64,000 bases of DNA, from contig JADFZK010000007.1 in NCBI GenBank assembly GCA_015232565.1, positions 664 to 64,663 of the forward strand, given 5' to 3'. Shown piece by piece: positions 54,251 to 63,848 of the stretch. Made by a program: the position numbers and the translations under genes. Each line of letters starts with the position of its first letter. The first letter of the stretch is position 1. The DNA is from Candidatus Omnitrophota bacterium (lineage in GTDB: Bacteria > Omnitrophota > Gorgyraeia > Zapsychrales > Fredricksoniimonadaceae). The notes beneath the pieces were generated by a model that was not told the origin of the DNA, searched no databases, and worked only from the letters and a program-made list of their open reading frames with translations.

Positions 54251-56236
54251 CTAATCAAGCTCAAAGCTAGCGACCTTTCGCATAGGCGTATCCAGGGGCA
54301 TTCCAGCAGGATACTTATTAAAATTATCGAAACTGGCCGGAATAAGCCCCAGCTCCAGATCATATGAACCCGCCGCCAGCGGCGGCAACCTTAACACAAA
54401 GTACTCCCGCACCAGGTCGTTCTTCTTCCACAATACGGAAGGGTATATCATATAGCCGGGAATATGTTCTGTAACGTAAAAAGACCGGCCATTTTGCGTT
54501 ACCTGCATTCGGACCGCGCGCGATATTTGTTCAGCAGACAAGCTTAACCAGTCAAAACGCACCTCCAGGCGGCAATCTCCACGAGCGGCACATTGCACCA
54601 CCGGCCTGACCGCGCTTAAAGCAATATCGAAATTAAGCCTTTTCTGACCCTGGGCTGTTAGCGCCGGCGCTGGCAAAACCTCAACAAGCAGCCGCCCCTC
54701 CGGCAGGTCTTTTTTCAGGAGCACCAGGTCTTCCGTTGAATCCGCCCACTTCCAGCCATTGTAGAAAAACTCCCGATTGATCCTTTGGGCATTCACCAAA
54801 GGTTCATTGGAAAATCGGGCAAACAATTCCGGCTCGTCAAAATCCAGCACGGCCGTACGCACTCTGGAAGGCAAAACAAACGGCAGGCCGTTCAAGGAAT
54901 TACTGCCTTGTGCCACATAATAAAAAGAATACAACTCCGGCCGTTCAGTCAAATGGCCAAGAAAAGCGAACGAAGCCACTACGGGCTCATTCTTGTCGAC
55001 TTGGCGGACCAGGCGCTCGTAATGGCTATTCAAAGGATTACCCCACCACCAGTCCACCCTGCGGGCCAGATATTCGCAATTGTTGAAAGAATGCCCTGCC
55101 ACTCCCACTGAAAGAACAAAAACGATTATCAAAAACTTTACCGGCGTCATTACCTTTTTGAACAACGCAAAGGTGTTCATCACCGCCAGCAGGATCATGG
55201 GCACCACAGTAGCCGCGTAATGAAAATAAATAGTATGGTTCGTCCAGGCAGTCGCCAAAAGATTCTGCAAGAAGATCGGCAAGCCCAAAGCCAGGATATG
55301 CGGACTAATTAGAGCGAATAGCAAATGCGGGCCGAATAATTGCTGAAAATAGAGGCGATTAGGAGCAGAGAAGATGTCAAAAAAAAGTTTGGCCGGCTGG
55401 GTGGCAATATTCCCGGCGATCTGCACCGGAGTGCTGCCATAGCTTTGATACATGCTCCAATAGACACTTTGCGAAGATATCTTATGGAAATAGGGAATAA
55501 GCACAAAAAGCTCCAGGTAAAAAACCGCACAACCCAGCGCGATCGGAGCCAGGCCCCAAAGCCAGCGCTTCTTTCCTTTAAAAAACAGTCCCAGAAAACC
55601 GAACATGACCACTATCGTTACAATGTTTTCTTTGATCAAGCATAAAGCCAGGCAAGTAATAAAAAAGGCCCGAAAACGATCCCGCTCAAAGAAATAATAT
55701 GCCAGAAAGATAAAACAAGGCGCGAAACTTTCAAAATGGAACTCGTAAGAAAGCATGTAAATATTGGCTGGATGTAAAAGATAAAACAACAAGAACATCA
55801 AGCCTGGCAGGTGCCCCAGCTTATAACGGGCAATGACATAAAAGATATACGCCCCAAAAGCAAACAACAGCGCATTAAGCACCAAAAGCGTCAGGGGATG
55901 CCGAAAGAGGCAATAGATCGGGGCGGCGAAAAACGCAATGTATTCCGCGTGATTACCCAGGAAGTTCATGCCCCACAAAGTAGACGAACAGGAACCGCGG
56001 CAGATATTCCAAGAGACCTGCGCGTACAAAGCCAGGTCCCAGTCCTTATACCCGAAACTGGTGAACTGAAAATAATTAAAACCGATCCACACTGCCGCGG
56101 CCAAGAAGCACAGGCCCACAGCCCAGAGATCGCAGATTTTGTCTCGCACTCCAAATACCGCCACGTATAACTCCCGGTTGATTAATAGCACAGCCTCGGG
56201 GAGAATTATACCTGCCTCCCCGAACTTTGCCCACAA
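54251..56236 (-). CDS. DUF2079-family polytopic membrane protein with a large C-terminal extracytoplasmic domain (GT-C-like putative glycosyltransferase)
   Basis: DLALYAQVSWNICRG...LWGMNFLGNHAEYIAFFAAPIY is DUF2079-like. There are about 11 TM helices followed by a soluble domain of about 270 aa. Confidence 0.55.
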   Translation of the reverse strand: MWAKFGEAGIILPEAVLLINRELYVAVFGVRDKICDLWAVGLCFLAAAVWIGFNYFQFTSFGYKDWDLALYAQVSWNICRGSCSSTLWGMNFLGNHAEYIAFFAAPIYCLFRHPLTLLVLNALLFAFGAYIFYVIARYKLGHLPGLMFLLFYLLHPANIYMLSYEFHFESFAPCFIFLAYYFFERDRFRAFFITCLALCLIKENIVTIVVMFGFLGLFFKGKKRWLWGLAPIALGCAVFYLELFVLIPYFHKISSQSVYWSMYQSYGSTPVQIAGNIATQPAKLFFDIFSAPNRLYFQQLFGPHLLFALISPHILALGLPIFLQNLLATAWTNHTIYFHYAATVVPMILLAVMNTFALFKKVMTPVKFLIIVFVLSVGVAGHSFNNCEYLARRVDWWWGNPLNSHYERLVRQVDKNEPVVASFAFLGHLTERPELYSFYYVAQGSNSLNGLPFVLPSRVRTAVLDFDEPELFARFSNEPLVNAQRINREFFYNGWKWADSTEDLVLLKKDLPEGRLLVEVLPAPALTAQGQKRLNFDIALSAVRPVVQCAARGDCRLEVRFDWLSLSAEQISRAVRMQVTQNGRSFYVTEHIPGYMIYPSVLWKKNDLVREYFVLRLPPLAAGSYDLELGLIPASFDNFNKYPAGMPLDTPMRKVASFELD

Positions 56237-56297
56237 GTTTCAGGGAAAAAACCGGCGCTCTAGCGCCTGCTTGACATATCTTTCCCTTAATATATAG

Positions 56298-57980
56298 TTG
56301 CTTCCATCTCCTAACAGTTTCGGGCACTATTTTCGTGAACTTTTTAAAAAGGCTTGGGCATTGAATATCAACGAACAGATCCAACAGGAATCCGCCCGGC
56401 GCCGGACCTTCGCCATTATTTCCCACCCCGACGCTGGCAAAACCACCCTTACTGAAAAGCTTTTGCTGTACGGCGGAGCTTTGGACCTGGCGGTATCCGT
56501 TACCGCCAAAAAGAAACAACGCGAAACAGCCTCCGACTGGATGGAGCTGGAAAAAAAGCGCGGAATATCCATTTCTTCCACCGTACTGCAATTTGATTAT
56601 GAAAATTTCCGCCTGAATTTGCTGGACACTCCCGGCCATAAAGATTTCTCGGAAGACACTTACCGCGTATTAATGGCCGTAGATGCGGTCATAATGGTTA
56701 TCGATGCCGGTAAAGGTATCGAAGGCCAGACCCGCAAACTTTTCGAGATCTGCCGCAAGCGCGGTATACCGATCTTTACTTTCATGAACAAGCTCGACCG
56801 GCCGGCCATGCCCCCGCTGGACCTTATTGACCAGCTGGAAAAAGTGCTGAACATCCACGCCTTCCCCGTAAACTGGCCGCTGGGTAACGGCCCGGACTTT
56901 AAAGGCATCTACGACCGGATGAACAAACAAGTCCACCTCTTTGAACGGGTTGCCGCCGGCGCCTATAAAGCCCCGGTATCGGTCCATGACCTGCTGGATC
57001 CTTTTGTAAAAGAGATCCTGCATGAAGACATTTATGGCACCGTGATCGAAGAACTGCAAATGCTCGATATCGCCCAGGAAGGCTTCGACGCCCAGGCTGT
57101 CCTTAAGGGCCAGACCACTCCGGTTTTCTTTGGCAGTGCGGCCAACAATTTCGGCGTTGAGTTCCTGCTCAAAGGCTTCCTGGAACATTCCACCGGACCC
57201 GCTCCCCGCACAGCCAAAAGCGGGCTGATTCCTTTGGACCATCCGGATTTCTCCGCTTTTATCTTTAAAGTGCAATCCAACATGAACCCCCTGCACCGGG
57301 ACCGCATAGTTTTCGCGCGCATATGTTCCGGGCGTTTCTATCGCGATATGAAGGTTTACCACCATCGCTCGGCCAGAGAGATCCGGCTTTCGGATTCTTT
57401 CAAACTTTTTGGCCGCGACCGGGAAATTATAGCCGAAGCCTATCCCGGGGATATCCTGGGCTTTGTAACCAAACTGGATTACCGCATTGGCGACACCATC
57501 AGCGTTGATCCCAAGCTCTCCTTTGACGAGATCCCGCGCTTCGCGCCGGAATGTTTTGCTTACCTGCACAATTCGGCGGCCTCGACCTACAAGCCTTTCC
57601 GCAAAGGCCTGGAACACCTGCTAGCCGAGGACATCGTGCAAACCTTCACCATGATCGGGTCCGGAAGCAGTCTGCCTCTTTTGGGCGCGGTGGGCCCACT
57701 GCAATTCGAAGTTTTACAATATCGCCTGAAAGATGAATACGGCGGCGAATCCCGGCTGGAAACCCTGCCCTGGAAAATATTGCGCTGGATTGGCGAAGAT
57801 CTTACCGAGTCCGCCCTGCTGGAAACCAAGTCTAACGAAGTCGCTTTCGCCAAAGACAACCAGGACCGGACCGTAATTCTCTTTCAAAGCGAATGGGCCC
57901 TGAACTATTACAAGAAACGTTTTCCGAATATTACTCTTTTGGACTCGCCCCGGTCTTTAAAAACGGACCCCATTGATTAA
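56298..57980 (+). CDS. prfC: Peptide chain release factor 3 (true start probably near 56361)
   Basis: RRTFAIISHPDAGKTTLTEKLLLYGGA, DTPGHKDFSEDTYR and NKLDR are the translational GTPase motifs in RF3 order. A TTG in frame at 56361 would give MNINEQ.... Confidence 0.85.
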   Translation: MLPSPNSFGHYFRELFKKAWALNINEQIQQESARRRTFAIISHPDAGKTTLTEKLLLYGGALDLAVSVTAKKKQRETASDWMELEKKRGISISSTVLQFDYENFRLNLLDTPGHKDFSEDTYRVLMAVDAVIMVIDAGKGIEGQTRKLFEICRKRGIPIFTFMNKLDRPAMPPLDLIDQLEKVLNIHAFPVNWPLGNGPDFKGIYDRMNKQVHLFERVAAGAYKAPVSVHDLLDPFVKEILHEDIYGTVIEELQMLDIAQEGFDAQAVLKGQTTPVFFGSAANNFGVEFLLKGFLEHSTGPAPRTAKSGLIPLDHPDFSAFIFKVQSNMNPLHRDRIVFARICSGRFYRDMKVYHHRSAREIRLSDSFKLFGRDREIIAEAYPGDILGFVTKLDYRIGDTISVDPKLSFDEIPRFAPECFAYLHNSAASTYKPFRKGLEHLLAEDIVQTFTMIGSGSSLPLLGAVGPLQFEVLQYRLKDEYGGESRLETLPWKILRWIGEDLTESALLETKSNEVAFAKDNQDRTVILFQSEWALNYYKKRFPNITLLDSPRSLKTDPID

Positions 57981-58938
57981 TATGGATACCCGCCAAGTCA
58001 TTACACTTTTAAACAAAGCCATTTTAAAGCGCCAACCGCTCAGAAGCGCCAGCAATGCCCTGCGCCTGGTGAACGGCTTCGGCGACGAAATGGACGGCCT
58101 GGTCCTGGAACAATACGACCGTCATTTTGTCGCTCAGATCATGGAGAACGAATGGCATAAGCACTGCCCGGCCATCCTGGACCTGATAAAGCAGACCCTG
58201 GCCTCGGAATATTTTATTGTCAAGGACCGCACCGTTTCCGCTTCGGCAGAACCGGGAGCTTTTAAATCTGCAGTCTGGCTGGACGGCGGGAGTTCACAAA
58301 CCAACGTTAACGAAAATGCTCTAAGCTTCAATGTAGACCTTAACGACGGACTTAACAGCGGCCTTTTCCTGGATATGCGCCAGAACCGGGCCCGCACCGC
58401 GGCCTTCGCCAAAGGCCGCAAAGTGCTGAATTGTTTTTCCTACACCTGTTCTTTTGGCGTTCACTGCCGGGCCCAGGGCGCGGCCAGCGTGGTAAATGTA
58501 GACGTTAGCCGCAAAAGCCTGGACCGCGGACGCAAGAATTATGAATTGAACCACTTAACGGCCGAGCAAAATGAATTCATCAAAGCGGATGCCGTGGAAT
58601 ACCTGGCACGCGCCATTAAAAAAGACAATCGTTTCGATATGATAATCCTGGACCCGCCTTCATTCGCCCGCCATGAAGGCAAAACGTTCAGTGTTAAGAA
58701 CGACCTGGGGCCTTTAATAATATCGGCTATGAAAGTTTTGAATCCGGGCGGGGTAATATTCGTGGCCACCAATTACAGCCTGATGACCCACGACAGCCTG
58801 GCCGACATGATAACCGACGGTGCAAATGACCGCCGGATAAAAAACCTGGAACACCTCGGCCAGGATACGGATTTCGCCGGCAGCGGCCTTATGCCGGAAA
58901 GTTACCTGGCCGCGGTGTTAGCGGTCATGGATAACTGA
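57973..58938 (+). CDS. Class I SAM-dependent RNA methyltransferase (RlmI/RlmK-like, PUA-like N-terminus)
   Basis: VLNCFSYTCSFGVH...VVNVDVS is motif I, and DMIILDPPSFAR is motif IV. The start overlaps prfC by 8 nt. Confidence 0.65.
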   Translation: MINMDTRQVITLLNKAILKRQPLRSASNALRLVNGFGDEMDGLVLEQYDRHFVAQIMENEWHKHCPAILDLIKQTLASEYFIVKDRTVSASAEPGAFKSAVWLDGGSSQTNVNENALSFNVDLNDGLNSGLFLDMRQNRARTAAFAKGRKVLNCFSYTCSFGVHCRAQGAASVVNVDVSRKSLDRGRKNYELNHLTAEQNEFIKADAVEYLARAIKKDNRFDMIILDPPSFARHEGKTFSVKNDLGPLIISAMKVLNPGGVIFVATNYSLMTHDSLADMITDGANDRRIKNLEHLGQDTDFAGSGLMPESYLAAVLAVMDN

Positions 58939-58954
58939 TAAGCACGGATCTTTC

Positions 58955-59815
58955 TCATCCTGATGTCTTTAGCGCTCCGGACAATAAACGCCCGGCGGCC
59001 ACTGAGAACACATAACAACCAACTGAAAAAAGAACGATCGTGGCACCTGTCGCCGTACCCCAATAATAGGAAGCGATCAACCCCGCAACTCCTGACATCA
59101 GGCTGAACACCACCGCCCACAATGTATACGCGCGCGTGTTACGCGCAAAATTGCGGCTGGCCGCGGCCGGCAAAACCAGCAAAGAGTTGATAATAAGCAC
59201 CCCCACCAGACGGATCGAAAGCATAACCACTATCGCCAGCAATATCGTAAAACTCGTTTCCAGCAAAAAGACTTTAATACGGCGACTGCGTGCCAGGGAA
59301 CTGTTAACACTGGTCAATAACAAAGCATTGCCGGCGACACACCAATAAATCAGTACGACAAAGAACATGACCACCAGCCAGGTGATCTCATTCGGGCTGA
59401 CCGCCAGGATATCCCCGATCAGATATTTGGTATATTTTACAAAGCCTCCCTGCCGGCTTAATATCGTGATCCCCAGCGCTACCATGAACGCCATGAACAC
59501 GCCCAGGACCGTATCGGTCGAGGCACGGGTTAAACCTTTAAACACATTTACCAACACCGCCAGGATCACCGCCATCGTGATCATCGGCCCAACCGGATCC
59601 TGAATGCCGCACACCACCCCGATTGCAATCCCGGCGAGGGCCGAATGGCCCAGCACATCGGTAAAAAAAGCCATACGGTTACTGACCACCATAGTCCCCA
59701 GAACGGCATAAACAGGCGCGATCACCAGCACGGCCAACAGCGCATTTTTCATAAACACATACTGCCCCCAATCAAAAGGCAGGACCATATCCACAAGCTT
59801 ATACCATTCGCTCAT
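58955..59815 (-). CDS. znuB: Metal (Zn/Mn) ABC importer permease, ZnuB/MntB-like
   Basis: The protein has about 8 TM helices. It is coupled by a 4-nt overlap with the ATPase gene. Confidence 0.75.
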   Translation of the reverse strand: MSEWYKLVDMVLPFDWGQYVFMKNALLAVLVIAPVYAVLGTMVVSNRMAFFTDVLGHSALAGIAIGVVCGIQDPVGPMITMAVILAVLVNVFKGLTRASTDTVLGVFMAFMVALGITILSRQGGFVKYTKYLIGDILAVSPNEITWLVVMFFVVLIYWCVAGNALLLTSVNSSLARSRRIKVFLLETSFTILLAIVVMLSIRLVGVLIINSLLVLPAAASRNFARNTRAYTLWAVVFSLMSGVAGLIASYYWGTATGATIVLFSVGCYVFSVAAGRLLSGALKTSG

Positions 59816-60549
59816 GAGCCCCTCACATCGGACAAGAACTCTTTTGGGCTGCTCTCGGTAATTATTGAATGATCCAGCAGGACTATGCGGTCAACATACG
59901 CCAATATCCCCGCCACATCATGCGTAACCAGAATTACCGAGATATCATGCTGTTTCTTGAGATCACGCACCAATTGATAAAACAGCTCCAGCCCTTTGAC
60001 ATCTACGCCGCTACTCGGCTCATCCAATAAAAGCAATTCCGGTTCGGCGGTCATGGCGATCGCCAGCAACACCCTTTGCAATTCACCACCAGATAGCTCG
60101 CCGACCCTTCTGGCCACCAGGTTATCAGCGGCAAAGACCTTTAATATGGCTTTAACTCGCGCCAGCGCCTGATTCCCAATACCCCACCAGACCGGCCGGC
60201 GGCTGGTGGCCGCCATAACCAGATCAGCCACACTTACCGGGGAATCCGGATCGAAATGCAGTTTTTGCGGAACATACCCGATGCGCGGCCGTCTGCGTTC
60301 AACCCCGCCAATAAGCGACGACAGGCTTCCCCGGTAGGGCACCTCCCCCAGGATCGCCCGTAACAAAGTCGTCTTCCCCGCGCCGTTCGGCCCCACAATG
60401 GCCAGCACATCGCCGCAGTGCACATGCAGATTGACCCCGTTAAGGATCGTATTGCCGCCCAGGCAGACCGTCAGATCCTGGATCCTGATGCAACAATGCC
60501 GACAGGAATCGCCCGCAACCACACTGGACGGATTATTTTGAGAAAGCAT
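59812..60549 (-). CDS. znuC: Metal ABC importer ATP-binding protein, ZnuC-like
   Basis: It has Walker A (GPNGAGKTTLLRAILG), the signature LSGGELQRVLLA and Walker B (LLLLDEP). Confidence 0.8.
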   Translation of the reverse strand: MLSQNNPSSVVAGDSCRHCCIRIQDLTVCLGGNTILNGVNLHVHCGDVLAIVGPNGAGKTTLLRAILGEVPYRGSLSSLIGGVERRRPRIGYVPQKLHFDPDSPVSVADLVMAATSRRPVWWGIGNQALARVKAILKVFAADNLVARRVGELSGGELQRVLLAIAMTAEPELLLLDEPSSGVDVKGLELFYQLVRDLKKQHDISVILVTHDVAGILAYVDRIVLLDHSIITESSPKEFLSDVRGS

Positions 60550-61423
60550 TCTTTAAGACCTCGAGATTCTTTTCCATGATCTGCAAATACGCATCCATAT
60601 CGTCAGGCCCGCTCACCGATGGATCAAGTTGATAAACAGTCGCTCCGGTCTCCCGGGCGATCGTTTGTGCCGCTAAAGCCGGATATTGTGGTTCACTGAA
60701 CAAAGCCCGGATCCCGGCTTTTCTTACTATATCAACTGTCTCAGCCAATTCCCTGGCACCGGGCTCACTGCCCGGCTCACGCTCCACTACCGCCGCGATG
60801 TCCAACCCGAACTCCTGCGCAAAATAGGGGAACGCTTCATGAAAGGTAATTATCTTTGTGCCTCTATATCGCTCCAAACCGGCGTGCATTTTGAGACGCA
60901 AAGCCTCCAGCCGGACCACATATTCTCCGGTATTCCGGCGATATAATTCAGCATGAAGGGGATCTGCCTGTGCCATAACAACGCCCAGATTCTGCACTTC
61001 CATGATCGCGTTCTTAACACTTACCCAAACATGAGGATTGTAATTATCCTGCCCCGCACCAGCTATAAGCGGCACAACTGAAGACAACTGAAAGATCTTG
61101 ATCCACGGATACTGAACCACGATCCGGTCCAGAAAAGATTCCATCCCGGCACCGTTGGCAATAAAGATATCCGCGTCGGTCAGTTTCTTCATGTCGGCGG
61201 TAGTGAGCGTATAATCATGCAAACAACCCGCCGCAGTTGCAGTAAGATTGGTAATCGTTACCCCGGGCACATCCTTCAACACATTCCGGGCCATGATGTA
61301 TATTGGATAAAAAGACGCCACCACCCGGATCGTCTTTCCTTCCTCAACTGCCATGGCCGCCGTAGTAAACAATAACGCCAGCGACAAAACCAGAACTGAA
61401 ATAATACGCACATTTTTGATCAT
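60533..61423 (-). CDS. znuA: Metal ABC importer periplasmic substrate-binding protein (ZnuA/TroA cluster-9)
   Basis: There is a signal peptide, VVASFYPIY, and metal-liganding HDY...H...E positions. Confidence 0.75.
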   Translation of the reverse strand: MIKNVRIISVLVLSLALLFTTAAMAVEEGKTIRVVASFYPIYIMARNVLKDVPGVTITNLTATAAGCLHDYTLTTADMKKLTDADIFIANGAGMESFLDRIVVQYPWIKIFQLSSVVPLIAGAGQDNYNPHVWVSVKNAIMEVQNLGVVMAQADPLHAELYRRNTGEYVVRLEALRLKMHAGLERYRGTKIITFHEAFPYFAQEFGLDIAAVVEREPGSEPGARELAETVDIVRKAGIRALFSEPQYPALAAQTIARETGATVYQLDPSVSGPDDMDAYLQIMEKNLEVLKNAFSK

Positions 61424-61487
61424 AGGAAGGATCGTTGTAAGACTACTTGCCACGAACACCAGGCAACCTGAATGGCCCTGTTGCGGT

Positions 61488-61841
61488 CTATCTGAAATCT
61501 TGCGTATTACGACCTTGAAAGAAATTATAGATATGGCTTCTGGCTTCCCGGGTTACCGGATCATCGATCAAAAAAGACACTCCCGCCATATAAATCCCGG
61601 TCCTGGGGATAGCTTTCGACCAGGCCACGTTAGCCGTCAAATACACCATTCCATGCAGAGGCAGATCAAAGCCGAACATCAATTTCTGGCCCTGAGCAAA
61701 CCGGTGGTCACTGCGAAAACAAAAACCTTCCGGATGCATATCCTTGATCCGGACATCGTGGTAATTCGCCCGCTCAATTTCACGGCATTTAGCCGCAATT
61801 GAAACCACCGCTCGTTTACTGCGCCGTCTTTCTTTGTCCAT
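61488..61841 (-). CDS. PilZ-domain protein (c-di-GMP binding)
   Basis: It has the RRRSKR motif near the N-terminus and a D-x-S/H-x-x-G-like motif (DMHPEGF). The protein is 117 aa. Confidence 0.55.
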   Translation of the reverse strand: MDKERRRSKRAVVSIAAKCREIERANYHDVRIKDMHPEGFCFRSDHRFAQGQKLMFGFDLPLHGMVYLTANVAWSKAIPRTGIYMAGVSFLIDDPVTREARSHIYNFFQGRNTQDFR

Positions 61842-62033
61842 ACCCGCCCTCCCGAAAAGTTCCTGGAACCGATATAGCGAAACAGAAACATCATACCATT
61901 CTTCATGGATTTTTTAAATACCGACCGCCTTGATCATTCTTACCGCTTCTTCAAGAGCCCTTAACTTATGCCGACGAACGTACTCAGCCTTACAAACCAG
62001 ATTCTTCATTTTGTCCAATTTGCCGTGGGCAGA

Positions 62034-63848
62034 TCACTCTTGAAGAGTCATCACCGAAGCAATGCTTGATTCATAACTATAGTTCGGCGCAGTGCTCCTA
62101 AAGGCTAGGACTTTAAAATAATACCTGGTGAGTTCCTTGATCCCGGCAGGATGTTCCAAACTGTTAAGGACCGCACTTGTCGAATTTGCAGGATAATACC
62201 CATAGTCGAGGAAGTCCCCCTCGGCGCTCGTGCTCCCCAGAATTTTAAACCCATCTTCCCCCACTGTTCGATCCTCCCAGGTAATTATGATACTCATTCC
62301 CGGCAAAGCCATCGCCGTAACATTGGCAGGAGCGGCGCTATTTGAAACGCTATAAGAAACTTCGGAATCTCCGCTACTAATAGCACGCTCGACCTCAGCT
62401 CTAACCTCTACATTTGGACTATCCTGCCATACAGCCTCTAAGACTTCACCTGAATTAAAAAACACAAGAACTTTGAACCTAGCCAATTTATCACGATTCT
62501 CACTTCGCCCGCAAAGTTCGAAAACATGTTTTCCAGAAGAAAATCCGTCAAGGATGTAGTAAGAGCCCGCCTTTTTCACCGGATTGCCATTTTCAGAAAC
62601 TTCCAGCGATTGCTGAAACATCCCAAAAGAGTCAACCCACTGAGCAGTCCAGAAATCATAGATTGTCGGGTCATAAACAATTATATTTGTAACATTCGCG
62701 TCTTTTAAATCAATCTCCAACGTCAAACTCCACTTATCGCTGTCTTGATCGGTATTAATACCTAGACCTGGCATGACCCTTGCTTGCCCCGCATCCAGAC
62801 TAACCCCTGATGCAACCGGAAAAGCCACAGCCACTGCGGTTGACCCATCGTCAAAACCGACCAGGATCTTCCCACCGGAGAAAGACTCATAAGGCCGCTC
62901 GCGCTGGCCATAAAGGTCAAATGTGTGAACCCCCTGGCGGTATTCACCCAAAAGCTGATGATAAGCCGTATTGATCTGTTTTCCTTGATAGAAGACAACC
63001 AACGGATAAGGGGTTCTCGGAAAGGTATCAGCGTAACTGGTTGCCCATCCATAGTACTTGTAAGAATCTATAATAGTCATCCGATCAATCTTCTTGGTAG
63101 CAGGCAAATTGAGCGTCAAAACCCAATGAAAATCCGACGCTTCACCCCGTGCGCCAAACAACCCCTTCCCGGGTCGAAACTGCCCCCATGGTCCCGCAAG
63201 ATCAAATCGCGATGCCTCGTCATACTTCAACCCAACGATCGTACCATCCAGCGAAGGTTGAATGTGACCGGCAGAAATATTATCCGATAATTCTTTAGAA
63301 GCCAAGGCCCATTGATCCAGCTCCAGCGCGCTTATCCAATTCGCACAAGAAGAATCGTTTGGTATATGACATGTCAACTGTCTCCCATCCGACAATGTAA
63401 CCTGGATAGCCGCCCCCTGAAAACAACACACCTCTTTTTGAGCAAAAAGTTCAAAAACATACACGCCGGGATCATATTGACCTAAATTCTGACCATAATC
63501 CGTATTCAATTGCCGGCCTTTATAAAAAACAACCAAAGGAAAAAGCTTTCGATCTGTTATTTTCTTCTCGGTTGTCCATCCTTCTGCAGGAAAAGAACTA
63601 TTATGCAAAACCGTAATCCCTGTTATTACTGCCGAAAAAGGCAGTTTGATTGTCGCTGTCCAATGCCAATCATCTGTTCCAGAATGCAAATACCCACGAC
63701 CCGAGTGAAAACTATTCCATGATGCCTGATCCGCAATGTCATTGTTACGCCTCATTTCTATACCCAGCCCAACATTCAGATCTACCGTCTTTTCGAGATC
63801 CGCGTACTCTTTATCGTAAGACTTAAACCGCTGCCCGCTCCACCCCAC
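62034..63848 (-). CDS. Hypothetical protein with three ~150-aa internal repeats and a fibronectin-III-like C-terminal domain (GTG start)
   Basis: There are repeat units WHWTATIKLP...LVVFYKGRQLNTDYGQ...VYVFELFAQKE, FHWVLTLNLP...LVVFYQGKQINTAYHQ...HTFDLYGQRE, and a third, degenerate copy. The C-terminus PANVTAMALPGMSIIITWED...YYFKVLAF is FN3-like. There is no signal peptide. Confidence 0.4.
   Translation of the reverse strand: MGWSGQRFKSYDKEYADLEKTVDLNVGLGIEMRRNNDIADQASWNSFHSGRGYLHSGTDDWHWTATIKLPFSAVITGITVLHNSSFPAEGWTTEKKITDRKLFPLVVFYKGRQLNTDYGQNLGQYDPGVYVFELFAQKEVCCFQGAAIQVTLSDGRQLTCHIPNDSSCANWISALELDQWALASKELSDNISAGHIQPSLDGTIVGLKYDEASRFDLAGPWGQFRPGKGLFGARGEASDFHWVLTLNLPATKKIDRMTIIDSYKYYGWATSYADTFPRTPYPLVVFYQGKQINTAYHQLLGEYRQGVHTFDLYGQRERPYESFSGGKILVGFDDGSTAVAVAFPVASGVSLDAGQARVMPGLGINTDQDSDKWSLTLEIDLKDANVTNIIVYDPTIYDFWTAQWVDSFGMFQQSLEVSENGNPVKKAGSYYILDGFSSGKHVFELCGRSENRDKLARFKVLVFFNSGEVLEAVWQDSPNVEVRAEVERAISSGDSEVSYSVSNSAAPANVTAMALPGMSIIITWEDRTVGEDGFKILGSTSAEGDFLDYGYYPANSTSAVLNSLEHPAGIKELTRYYFKVLAFRSTAPNYSYESSIASVMTLQE

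Noticed and set aside
61921-62011. 30-aa minus-strand ORF (MKNLVCKAEYVRRHKLRALEEAVRMIKAVGI) between the repeat protein and PilZ
   Set aside because: It is too short, with no convincing RBS or homology I can recall to ribosomal or leader peptides. It probably lies in the intergenic/UTR region.
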